Source: Mobula birostris
Lineage: Eukaryota
Direction of reading: 5' to 3'
DNA length: 64,000 nucleotides
NCBI RefSeq assembly: GCF_030028105.1
Contig: NC_092380.1
Coordinates: forward strand, 63,919,717-63,983,716
The notes beneath the pieces were generated by a model that searched no databases, was not told the origin of the DNA, and was given only the letters and a program-made list of their open reading frames with translations. Both the position numbers and the translations under genes were made by a program. Shown here piece by piece: positions 52,640 through 64,000 of this stretch (the first letter of the stretch is position 1; the number at the start of each line of letters is the position of its first letter).

Positions 52640-53160
52640 ACAAGCAACACACATCAAAGTTGCTGGTGAACGCAGCAGGTCAGGCAGCATCTCTAGGAAG
52701 AGGTACAGTCGACGTTTTGGGCCGAGACCCTTCGTCAGGACTAACTGAAAGAAGAGCTAGTAAGAGATTTGAAAGTGGGAGGGGGAGGGGGAGGGGGAGA
52801 TCCAAAATGATAGAAGACAGGAGGGGGAGGGATAGAGCCAAGAACTGGACAGCTGATTGGCGAAAGGGATATGAGAGGATCATGGGACAGGAGGCCCAGG
52901 GAGAAAGAAAAGGGGGAGGGGGGGAAAACCCAGAGGTTGGGCAAGGGGTATAGTGAGAGGAACAGAGGGAGAAAAAGGGGAGAGAGAGAAAGAATGTATG
53001 TATATAAATAAATAATGGATGGGGTACGGGGGGGGAGGTGGGGCATTAGCGGAAGTTAGAGAAGTCAATGTTTATGCCATCAGGTTGGATGCTATCCAGA
53101 CGGAATATAAGGTGTTGTTCCTCCAACCTGAGTGTGGCTTCATCTTTACAGTAGAGGAGG
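52640..53160 (-). mobile_element. Penelope 3' end / pseudo-LTR (young subfamily); hammerhead at 52706-52743 has GAAA>AAAA
   Basis: Reverse complement of ~19956-20470, highly similar. Confidence 0.9.
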
Positions 53161-54964
53161 CATACAATCTGGTTTTATCTTAGATAGGTTTTCACATTGG
53201 CTGTTTCTGCCATTTGGAGATCTTGGCAAAGAACATAATACCTTAAGATGTAGGAGCAGGATTAGGCCATTGGGCCCATCAAATCTGCTCCACCATTTCA
53301 TCGTGTCTGGTCCATTTTTCCCTCTCAGCCCCTCTCTGGCTAAAGAAATTCCTCCTCATCTCCGTTCTAAAAGGACACTCCTCTATTCAGAGGCTGTTTC
53401 CTTGGGTCTTAGCCTCTCCCACCATAGGAAACATCCTCTTCACTTCCACTCTGTTGAGGCCTTTCAATATTTGATAGGCTTGAGTGAGGTCACCCTTCAA
53501 AGGGTACTGTGCTACAGATGAATTATATAAATAAGTTGATGCTATTAATGAGCGAGTATAAAAAGCTGACAAATGTCATTAAGAGATTTTCCAGAGTAGC
53601 TACATTGTAGGAGAAAGCATAAATCAGAACTAATAGAGGCTGCAATAATCAAGAGCAATTTTAATCATTGAATGAAACAAATTGCAAGGTAAATCAGCAA
53701 ATATTAATATTGTATAGCCATAAAGCAATTCATTTTGCATATTGAAGACTGGATCTCTGCTTTGCTACGACTACGCGACTCAGGCCTAGGGGACCGGCGA
53801 CGGGCACTTTGACCACTGCTAATACAGTCAGAAGTTAAAGTAGCTTTAGCAACAATGAATTCTTAAGCTCCTTTCCCACTTATATTTCAATTCTGTTTAT
53901 TCTTTAAAATTTATTTCAAATATTAGTCTATGCACTAATTCTTCAGGATCAACTGTGAGGATCATTGCAGACTGGTTCATTTGGAAGTGTATCAGCCTTC
54001 ATTCATCATCACTTTATCTAAATCCTGGAACTCCTAACCCAACAGCATTATAGAATTCCCCCTACCAGAAGGGCTGTAGTGATTTAAGATGATGGCTCAC
54101 CCACCACCTTTTCCAGGGCAATTATTGCCGAACAATAAATGTTCCAACTAAAAGAACTATGAATAATTCCCTACAGGATCTGCACCACAGCTAACCATAA
54201 GATTGATGGCATTCTTGTAGCTTCCAAGAAATGCAATAGGATTTATCTGGAGTCTGTACTGTAGAACAAATGCAAGCCAAGTTATTTACAGAAAACTTTA
54301 TCTGTCTCCCCACACCAACATAACTCGCACCAATGTTTTTGCTCTTAGTTCAAACCATTGTGGTAGTCCCACCACAAGCTTTGCCAGATTCAAAAATGAG
54401 ACAGCTTGTCCCTAATCTCTCCAGGATTTAATGCCCTGGGCTTTCTCCTAACTAGTGATTACTGAAAATGTCTATTGATTGCTTAGACTATATATTTTTC
54501 TTCAGCACCTTGGACTACAAGTTTTCAACATGTATTCATTTTGCGAGGACTAGGTGTAAGAGGTGGAACAGGCACATAATTGCTTGAAATCAATCTTCAT
54601 GTATGTTGGATATGTTTAGAAGGCCTGTTGCAGAGTATGCTGATAGGCCATTGCAGTTAATATGCTAAAAAACTGCCCTTGGACTTTGAGCTGGTTACAT
54701 CAATACTCAAGCTAGAACCCTGCAATAGTGGTTGTATAATGATTAACCTTGTATTTGTTTATAACAGATGAGGATTTTACTCCTCCTCGCAGTGTTCTTT
54801 AAGTAAAAAATGATTTTGTAGAACTTAGCTTTATTGGGGCTTGAGAGGTTAGGCTGTTTACTTAACAATGTGGAACCCATTGGTTCTGCAATTACCTTAC
54901 AATGGCAGAGAACAGAGATGAGGGGACAGACTATAGCATTAAGAAAGAGTGACAGGGTTTTAAT

Positions 54965-55055
54965 GAATCAGAATTATTTTCATTTTCACTGACATATGTT
55001 GTGAAATCTTTTTTTGCAGCAACAATACAGTGCAGTATGAATTACAAAAACATAT

Positions 55056-55091
<36 letters not shown>

Positions 55092-56165
55092 CATATATAG
55101 TGTTCAAAGTTAAAAGTTCAAAGTAAATTTATTATCAAAGTACATGTACAGCCCTGAGATTCATTTTCTTGCGGGGGGGGGCATACTCAATAAATCCATA
55201 ATAGAATAATAATCATAATAGAATCAATGGAAGACCAAACCAACCTGGATGTTCAACCTCTCTGCAAAAGACACAAACTGTGCAAATACATAAGTAAAGA
55301 AATAATAATAAATAAGAATGCAATAAATATCGAGCATGAGATGAAGAGTCCTTGAAAGTGAGTCCATAGGTTGTGGGAACATTTCAATAATGAAGTGAAG
55401 TTGAATGAAGTTATTCCCTTTGGTTTAAGAACCCGATGTTTGAGGGATAATAATTCCTGAACCTGGTGGTGTTAGTCCTGAGACTCCTGTACCTTCTTCC
55501 TGATGGCAGCGGTGAGAACTGGCCTGGCTGATGAGAGTCCCTGATGTTGGATACTGCTTTCCAGTGACAATGTTTCATGTAGATGTGGTCAATGGTGGAA
55601 AGGGCTTTACTTGTGATGTAGTGGGCTGTATCCACTACTTTTTGTAGGATTTTTCTTTCAAGGACATCAGTGTTTCCATACTAGACTGTGATGCAGACAG
55701 TCAATATTCTCTCCACTACACATCTACAGAAGTTTGTCTAAGTTTTAAGTGTCTTGCCGAATCTTTGTAAACTTTTGAAGAAACCTGATTCTGATTCTGG
55801 AAGTTGTGGTGCTGCGAACTTCCTTCGTAATTGCACTTTCGTGCTGGGCCCGGGAGAGGTCCTCCAAAATAATAACACTGAGGAATTTAAAGTTGCTGAC
55901 TCTCTCTACCTCTGATCCTTCGATGAGGACTGGCTCATGGACCACCGTTTTCCTCCTCCTGAAGTCAATAATCAGCTCCTTGGTCTTGCTGACAGTGACT
56001 ATGTGGTGGTTATTGTTGTCGTGGTACGACTCTTCAGGTTTTCAATCTCCCTCCTATGTGCTGATTTGTCACCACCTTTGATTTGGCCAACAACAGTGTT
56101 GTCGTCAGCAAACATGAAAATGGCATTGGAGCTGTGTTTAGCCTCACAGTCATAAGTGTAAAGTG
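54965..56165 (-). mobile_element. Rex1/Babar-type LINE fragments with (TG)n microsatellite (~55060-55088)
   Basis: Minus-strand FMFADDNTVVG, VERVSNFKFL, LPSGRRYRSLRTNTTRFRN remnants. Confidence 0.75.
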
Positions 56166-57104
56166 AAATTTATATATATACAACTCAGTCTGAGATAGGC
56201 AAACAAATAACTTACTGTGCTGGGACAAGCCCTTTCTTCATACCTTTTCAAATATTGGAGATGTTCCGGTATTTCCACTTGTGGTGTAGAAAAGCCAAGG
56301 CAGTTTTTATTTTGTTTTGTTACATCAGTAGAAGAAACTAAAAATGAAGAAGAATGGAGAGAATGTAAAGATCATTAAACAAAAAGCTTAGAAGTAGAAA
56401 GAGTGGAAACGTGTACTGGGGCGGGGGTTGGGGGTGATGCAACAAATGGGCGTGAAAAAGATACTATTTGGGACTCCATCAGAGTTTAGATCAGCGTCTA
56501 GTGGTGTAGTAGATTAAGGAAAATGGTTAGAAAGCAAGAGATGAACTGGGGAAAGAAGGTCGACTGAGCCATGTTCACAGAAACAGCCTCCTCTGTGTAG
56601 CAATCTACATACCAGTCATAAGAGCTATTGATCCTAACCAGTACATCCACTTCTATTCAGGATGCCTCACCAACATTTCTAACTTAAATTCACTGCAGAA
56701 GCCAGGGCTAAACAATCTGCCTTGACCCCATGGCCTGCCTGAATCCACAAGCAGTCGGTCAAGGACGGGGACTGTTCAGACTTAAATTATTCTGTTTTTC
56801 TGAGTCATGTAAAGAAATTAACATTTCTAAAGCCGATGTAATTCCACAGTTAAAATAAGAAGACCTTGTAAAGTACTGATTTGAAAATGTTCTTAATCTT
56901 AAATTAGTGTTATAAGATATTTAAAACAATGTCATAAAATGGAAATGTACATTCTGGAGAACCAGATAAAAATTAAACTAATTAGATTTGCTTTTGATTG
57001 GACAGGACACAAAACATTTACACTATGTTTCTATGAAGAAATGTGGTGAGGTTTCACATAGTCTGTCTGATATGATAGCTCATATCTGTTTAGACAAAGG
57101 CTCA

Positions 57105-58461
57105 CAGACATCCCATCCTGCAAAAACTCATTTCAGGGAGGTATCACCACCATTTCAAGCAGGTAGCACCCCCACCCCTCCGCAACCCCATATTCCTCTC
57201 CCCCTTCCACCCCCCGTCGACCTCCAAGGGTGCATGTAATACTTTGTTTAGTGATTTTGTCTAATCTGTTAAGTTGGGTACATGCAGAAAATGTGACATT
57301 AAAACATGTACTTATATTATCATGTTTATTCTATTACAACTTTAAGCAAGTCTACAGGGAGTTTGGCCTCATCATGTAGGACATCAGTAGCGTAGCTCCT
57401 TAGCAGCTGGCCAGCTAGTTTAAATAACGTTGGCTATGCTAATGAACAAATGACACCTGTTAAACTCACCTCAACATGTCTTTTACATTTTAACCCACCA
57501 TGGGCAATAGAAAAGTCACTGTTGCAAACAGTGCAGCGAGCAGCACCGTCATTATTTTTGAGGTCGACTGTAAAGCCCGCCCACAGAGAAAACTGATAGG
57601 TCTACTTAGCAGGGGTCCCCAACAATTTTTGCACCGCAGACTGGTTTAATATTGACAACATTCTTGCGGACCGGCTGACCGGGGACGGGGTGGGGGAGTG
57701 ATAATCATGACCGGAATATAGGTGATAGGTCAATTATTAGTCAATAGCATCATAACATTTTAAGTAACGTTTGAATATTAAACACACAGCGCATATTTTC
57801 CCCGTATGAACATATAAAATCATTGCAACACACCAATATCGCTGAATCAGTGGGAGCCCTGGGCTTGTTTCCCTGCAACAAGACAGTCCCATCGAGGGGC
57901 GATGGGAGACAGCGATACACGAAGGGGATTCCTTATGTTCAGTCTATTCCGCAATTTAGTTTTCGTTGCATTCATTGCAGAAAACTCCGCTTCGCAGCGA
58001 TATGATGTTGGAAATGGAAGCAACGTTTTCAGTGCTTACATGGCTATCTCAGAATATTTAGCCTTGACTTTGATCCAGAATGCCAGCAGAAATGTTATGT
58101 CAAACATACTTGTCAGCCCGTCGTCATTTGCAAGCTCGAGGAGTTGATCTTCTTCCCGCACTGACATGGATGATGCACGGGTAATGACCTCGCATGCGTC
58201 CCAAGCTCAACAGTGCCCGTGACAGGGAATGAGGAAAGGTATCACTGACTCATATCGCCAAATCATATTGTTTCCTCGCGGACCGGTGGTTCGGGACTAC
58301 TCTTAGCATGAAGAGAGACCAATCAGGATGCTTGCTCTCCCTCTCCCTCTCTTTCTCAAAAAAATCTATTTCCAGGATATTGTATATAATTTCCGGGTGT
58401 CAGGGAGCCACTATCGACATGCGGGAGACTCCCGGAACTTCCAGGAGAGGTGGGATATCTG
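57105..58461. mobile_element. Non-autonomous DNA transposon with 13-bp TIR and 6-bp TSD, hosting a nested Charlie element
   Basis: TIRs CAGACATCCCATC / GGTGGGATATCTG. TSD GGCTCA (57099-57104 / 58462-58467). Confidence 0.7.
57610..58301 (-). mobile_element. Internally deleted hAT Charlie/Buster transposon retaining the transposase C-terminal dimerisation region (57847-58158)
   Basis: Left TIR CAGGGGTCCCCAAC. Minus-strand translation EEDQLLELANDDGL...FWIKVKAKYSEIAM*ALKTLLPFPTSYRCEAEFSAMNATKTKLRNRLNI...GKQAQGSH*. Confidence 0.85.
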
Positions 58462-58604
58462 GGCTCATGACAAACTGAAAAGCCTGCTCATCTATGGCTG
58501 CCATCTCTATACCATTTGTAAAGTTCCTCACTCAGATGTTGTGATGAACTGTTACATTCTGTAAGAATAACCATCACTCTCAGAGTTAGTGAACTCTGTA
58601 AAGA

Positions 58605-59360
58605 AAACACACAGGGACTCAACAGGCCAGGCAGCATCTAGGAAAAGAGTAAACAGTCAACGTTTCGGGCTGAGACCCTTAATCAGGACTTGAAGAAAAG
58701 AGATGAGAAGTTAGAGCAAGAAGGTGGGGGGAGGGGAGGAAGAAGTACAAGGTGGTAGGTGATAGGTGAAATGGGGAGGGGGGGAGGAGTGAAGTATAGA
58801 GCCAGTAAGTTGATTGGTGAAAGTGATAAAGAGCTGGAGAAGGGAGAATCTGATAGGAGAGTGTTGAAAACCATGGAAGGGGGAAGAGCAACAGAGGGAG
58901 ATGATGGGCAGGTAAGGAGATGAGATGAAAGAGGGAACTGAGAAGACAGGGGATGGTGAAGGGGGGCAATTACTGGAAGTTCAAGAAGTTGATCTTCATG
59001 CCATAGACTGGGGTCTTTCCAGATGGAATACAAGGTATTGCTCCTCTAAACTGAGAATGGCCTCTTTGCGGCAGTGAGGAGCCCATGGACTGACATGTTG
59101 GAATGGGAATGGGAAGTAGAAATGGTGGTGACCAGGAGATCCTGCGTGTTCTAGCAGACACCCCAGCCCTCTCCCGCTTTCACCTATCACCTTCCACGTT
59201 GACTTCCTCCCACCTTCTTCCTCTACCTTCTCATCTTTTTTCCAGACTTGATTAAGGTTCTCAGCCCGAAACGTCAACTGTTTACTCTTGATGCTGCCTG
59301 CCCTGCTGAGTTCCTCCAGCATTTTGTGAGTGTTGCTTGGATTTCCAGCATCTGCAGGTT
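58605..59360. mobile_element. Penelope pseudo-LTR pair in inverted orientation (older subfamily)
   Basis: Minus copy ~58605-59150 joined to plus copy ~59165-59360. Both hammerhead motifs (58654-58691, 59243-59280) carry TGATTA instead of TGATGA. Confidence 0.8.
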
Positions 59361-60099
59361 TCGTATCAGTGCAGAACTTTAGTCATACCTCTCCAATTAG
59401 GCTTGAGCAGATAGCAGGTAATTACATGCCGACTTTGACTACCAAAAGATCCCGTTTAGGAAGGCTGATAATCGATTCTGATTCTTTACGATTCTGAAGC
59501 ACTGCTCACTTCTGGAATTTTCTTTTTAAATACAAATGTAAGAGGAAGTCAACATGGAGCCTGCATTTAAAAAATAATAATTCCACGAAAATAATAAAAG
59601 GTTCTTCTGACAAGTGTGTAGAGTCTGAACTTTCCAGCCCTCGAAAAGGGGTTGTGAACCATGATCAACTCTAGAAAATACATTGAAGATGTACATCACT
59701 GTGGAGTACAAATTTCATTTATGAAGCTGCCACCATCACTTGGTTCTGCAGATTTTTAGCTGGCTCTTTGCTTTTCTCGCTGGCAGGACTATTTGGTAGT
59801 ACTTCTGTGGGAACTTCTGGATGTTCAATTTCTTCCTGAGTTATGGCATCTAACTCTGCCAGAATCGCATCCTCGTCCTCTTGAGACAAACCACCAGCTA
59901 AAATTTCATCAATTTTCTGCTGGTATTCAACAGCTTCCTGGTTCTACTTCTTCAATAGACATCACCTCATGCATGTTCTTCAGACAATCATTTCAGATTT
60001 TCAGACCTTCTATAACTTTCATTTCTAAATTCAATGTTCAAGATTACTAATGTGAACTTCAGTTTTATCAAGAAGTTGCTCCTGGTATCGTTTTCGTTT

Positions 60100-60285
60100 C
60101 TCGTCTTTGAACTCTGTCAGAAGTTTGTATGCTCTCCCCATGAGAGCGTGGGTTTCCCCTGGGTGCTGTGGTTTCCTTCCGCCTTCCAAAGGCTTGCGGG
60201 TTAGTAGGTTGATTCATCACGTGGGTGTAATTGGGTGGCATAGGCTCACTGGGCCGGAAGGACTTCTTACCATGCTGCATCTCTG
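60100..60285 (+). mobile_element. V-SINE fragment
   Basis: GTTTGTATGCTCTCCCCATGAGAGCGTGGGTTTCCCCTGGGTGCTGTGGTTTCC V-domain. Confidence 0.7.
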
Positions 60286-60287
60286 AA

Positions 60288-61020
60288 TAGTCATAGTCAT
60301 AGTCATAGTCATAGTCATACTTTATTGATCCCAGGGGGAAATTGGTTTTTGTTACAGATGCACCATAAATAATAAATAGTAATAGAAATAGTAATAGAAC
60401 CATAAATAGTTAAATAGTAATATGTAAGTTATGCCAGTAAATTATGAAATAAGTCCAGGACCAGCCTATCGGCAAAGGGTGTCTGACCCTCCAAGGGAGG
60501 AGTTGTAAAGTTTGATGGCCACAGGCAGGAATGACTTCCTATGATGCTCTGTGCTGCATCTTGGAGGAATGAATCTCTGGCTGAATGTACTCCTGTGCCC
60601 ACCCAGTACATTATGTAGTGGATGGGAGACATTGACCAAGATGGCATGCAACTTAGACAGCATCCTCTTTTCAGACACCACCGTGAGAGAGTCCAGTTCC
60701 ATCCCCACAACATCACTGGCCTTACGAATAGATTTGTTGATTCTGTTGGTGTCTGCTACCCTCAGCCTGCTGCCCCAGCACACAACAGCAAACATGATAG
60801 CACTGGCCACCACAGACTCGTAGAACATCCTCAGCATCGTCTCGCAGATGTTAAAGGACCTCAGTCTCCTCAGGAAATAGAGACGGCTCTGACCCTTCTT
60901 GTAGACAGCCTCAGTGTTCTTTGACCAGTCCAGTTTATTGTCAGTTCGTATCCCCAGGTATTTGTAATCCTCCAACATGTCCACACTGACCCCCTCGATG
61001 AAAACAGGGGTCACCGGTGC
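60288..61020 (-). mobile_element. Young Rex1/Babar-type LINE 3' end with open 182-aa C-terminal ORF
   Basis: YKYLG...KLDWSKNT...KKGQSRLYFLRRLRSF...FYESVVAS...VVCWG...HPLH...RKSFLPVAIKLYN. (GACTAT)n tail at ~60288-60319. Confidence 0.88.
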
Positions 61021-61368
61021 CCCCTGGAAAATACATTATATTTTCCTAGGTTCAACATTAACATTGGCTTTTAAGAGAGTTCGTTGCTTAGGAGCTACTT
61101 GACATGAATTGGCCAGTGGACTGACAGTGAAATTCTGTAACGGAGTGTTCTGATTAAACAAGAATATTATTGAGAATATTCTAGCAAGTGAATCCAGATA
61201 ATTGCTTTTCTCATACTCATAGAAAATGGGCAGAGCAAGAGGTCAAGTGAACCCTTGCCCAGTATAATGATGATCCCAGCATTCAGCTAAATCCTGGAAA
61301 GAAGGCATCTTGTGATCTGGGAGCCTAGGACTGTAGTTAAACTTTCCCGGAGAAGCTGTAAGAAGAGC

Positions 61369-61792
61369 AATGCCCCACGTCCCCCTCGTACCCCATCCGT
61401 TATTTATTTTTTTATATACACACATTCTTTTTCTCTCTTTCTCCCTCTGTCCCTCGCACTATACCCCTTGCCCATTCTCTGGGCTTCCCCCCCTCCCTTT
61501 CTTTCTCCCTAGGCCTCCTGTCCCATGATCCTCTCATATCCCTTTTGCCAATCACCTGTCCAGCTCTTGGCTCCATCCCTCCCCCTCCTGTCTTCTTCTA
61601 TCATTTTGGATCTCCCCCTCCCCCTCCCACTTTCAAATCTCTTACTAGCTCTTCTTTCAGTTAGTCCTGACGAAGGGTCTCGGCCCGAAATGTCAACTGT
61701 ACCTCTTCCTAGAGATGCTGCCTGGCCTATTGCGTTCACCAGCAACTTTTACATGTGTTGCTTGAAATTCCAGTATCTGCAAATTTCCTCGC
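61369..61792 (+). mobile_element. Penelope pseudo-LTR (young subfamily)
   Basis: Matches ~20071-20497. Hammerhead motif at 61662-61699. Confidence 0.9.
61662..61699 (+). ncRNA. Minimal hammerhead ribozyme, core intact
   Basis: TAGTC-CTGACGA-A-GGGTCTCGGCCC-GAAAT-GTC-AACTG. One stem I mismatch and a U-G change in stem III. Confidence 0.6.
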
Positions 61793-61966
61793 AATGGCAA
61801 TAAATATGTGTGTAGGAGTTGGAAATTCAGCCCTACTCCACCATTCAATGTGAACATGGTCCACCATCTTTAGTATCCTGTTCTGACCTTCTTCCCTTTA
61901 CCTTTGATACCTCTCGCACAAGTAATACATATACCTTCTTCTTGAACAACCCAGTAATTTATTTTG

Positions 61967-62506
61967 CAAACAACAGGAATTCTGCAGATGCTGGAAATTC
62001 AAGCAACACACATCAAAGTTGCCGGTGAACACAGCAGGCCAGGCAGCATCTCTAGGAAGAGGTGCAGTCGACGTTTCAGGCCGAGACCCTTCGTCAGGAC
62101 TAACTGAAGGAAGAGTGAGTAAGGGATTTGAAAGTTGGAGGGGGAGGGGGGGATCCAAAATGATAGGAGAAGACAGGAGGGAGAGGGATGGAGCCAAGAG
62201 CTGGACAGGTGATTGGCAAAGGGGATACGAGAGGATCATGGGACAGGAGATCCGGGAAGAAAGACAAGGTGGGGGGGAACCAGAGGATGGTCAAGGGGTA
62301 TAGTCAGAGGGACAGAGGGAGAAAAAGGAGAGTGAGAGAAAGAATGTATGTATATAAATAAATAACAGATGGGGTACGAGGGGGAGGTGGGGCATTAGCA
62401 GAAGTTAGAGAAGTCGATGTTCATGCCATCAGGTTGGAGGCTACCCAGACGGAATATAAGGTGTTGTTCCTCCAACCTGAGTATGGCTTGATCTTTACAG
62501 TAGAGA
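61967..62506 (-). mobile_element. Penelope 3' end / pseudo-LTR (young subfamily)
   Basis: Reverse-complement copy including the end of the GIY-YIG coding sequence. Shares diagnostic variants with the 32031-32241 copy. Confidence 0.9.
62065..62102 (-). ncRNA. Minimal hammerhead ribozyme, intact core
   Basis: Reverse complement reads TAGTCCTGACGAAGGGTCTCGGCCTGAAACGTCGACTG, identical to 32109-32146. Confidence 0.75.
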
Positions 62507-63794
62507 ATTTATTTTGCATTTCTTTTCATTCTGGCTACTCTTCCCTGCCTTTTATTGGTGGAAAAGCCATAACCATCCTTAGGGCTATCATGGTGAGAGG
62601 AGTCCTTGTCACCTATTCAGCATTTTGGGTTAACAGACTGTGACTCTGGAGCGGGATGCTGAGGGTCTCCAATTTAAGTTGCTCACCCTTTAGGCTGCAA
62701 TCTGTATCATTGCTTTACCTCAGAATCTGATGTTTATACTCACCATTTTCAAAGACCTGTGGACTTGCTCTTGAGACTTTTATTCTTGTGATCTTAATGC
62801 CAGCATCTGTTTACGGTTGGCAAAGTAGTTTATTATGATCTGGTCACTGCTTAATGATTTGGAAAAAGTATGTTGTATCTATAACCTTTACTGGAGCACT
62901 GCTGCAGACCAGGGATTCCTTGGAGTAAAAAAAAAGGAAGCAATGTTCGGGTTAATCAGTCTGTCTCAGTCCATTAATGGCTCTACCTGTAGTGCCTTGC
63001 ATTTAACCCAGCAGAAGTCATGGAGCCGTCCATTCTCACAGAACACCCACTGGCTCTAGGTTGCTCCAACACACTTAGAATGACAAATCCCTCATCACCC
63101 TTTCTCTGCTTTCCATTTCAAGTACCAAGGTTGGCCAAATCATCCATTCCTAAGGATATCAAATCCAATCAAAAGTGTCAGATCAATAATTTTGAGGCAC
63201 CAAAGTAAGCTAGAAATCTTTAGTGATTTTATTTCAGGTAGGGTGAGAGAATTTAATCTGAATAAGTTGGATAACAAAGGTATTAGTAAATGACATTGGC
63301 CTGGCCTTAGGACATTTCATCTGTGAAAAAGTACTGAATCATCATTTAGTTTTCCTGAAAACGTTCAGCTAAACTTTGTTCATGTTGTTTGATTCTAAAG
63401 ATCTTTGTATAACACTTCATTATCTGTAGGCCTAATGGATTTGAAAATTCAAACTTTTCTCTCCAAAGGGCACCTGTTCTGACATTTCCCTTAAAGATTT
63501 GAGAAAGTTGATCATAACTCATTTTATTAATAATGTTCTCAGCTCACCTGGTCTAATTTAGGTAATAAGAATGATCTTTGACACATTATTAGTTTGAAAC
63601 GACGTATATTTATACAGACGATTTCATGAACTAGGTACAGAAAAAAAGCCATATCTATGTGGATAATACTGAATGCAGAACTGCAGAACAAATACCAGGA
63701 GTGATAATGGTATATGAAATAGGCACCGGGCACCATTTGGAAAGTTGTCATGCTATGATTATTGGTTTGTAAATCTAACTTGGAAAATGACACT

Positions 63795-64000
63795 AGAGGG
63801 GCAGTAATGGGAGGGGGAGGGAAAGAAATGTCAGACGAACTGAAAAACTGTTTTGCGTCAGTCCATTATTAAGAATGAAGTTTCAGGGTACCATGCCAGA
63901 GATGCGAGAGTGTCAGGGGGCAGAAGTGAGTGTCATTTCTATTACTAAGGAGAAGCTGCTTGTGAAGTTGAAAAGTCTGAAGGTAGATGAGTCATCCGGA
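63795..64000 (+). mobile_element. CR1 ORF2 fragment running off the window end
   Basis: Similar to 4325-4520 and 9365-9545 (ITKEKLLVKLKSLKVDESSG). Confidence 0.75.

Overview
Repeat-rich vertebrate genomic DNA. The repeat set (V-domain tRNA SINEs, CR1, Rex1/Babar, Penelope) suggests a cartilaginous fish, probably a ray; this is an inference. The only host gene I can support is MYRF (myelin regulatory factor). Its first coding exon (MEVVDETEALQRFFEG, 24637-24682, + strand) lies in a CpG-rich promoter region. I did not recognise exon 2, so the remaining ~39 kb is probably intron 1. Upstream, 941-13871 is one Rex1/Babar-type LINE flanked by a 67-76 bp direct repeat and expanded to ~13 kb by five nested insertions: two CR1 LINEs, two related ~1.49 kb solo LTRs carrying minisatellites, and a hAT MITE. 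The presumed intron holds a decayed full-length Gmr1-type Gypsy element (SCAN-like gag, integrase before RT, tRNA-Leu PBS, 5-bp TSD), hAT elements, RTE-derived short elements and many LINE/SINE fragments. The most notable signal is at least nine copies of a Penelope terminal repeat carrying a minimal type I hammerhead ribozyme motif, several with intact cores and four on the MYRF sense strand. No prokaryotic system or CRISPR array is present. Boundaries without a TSD are approximate.
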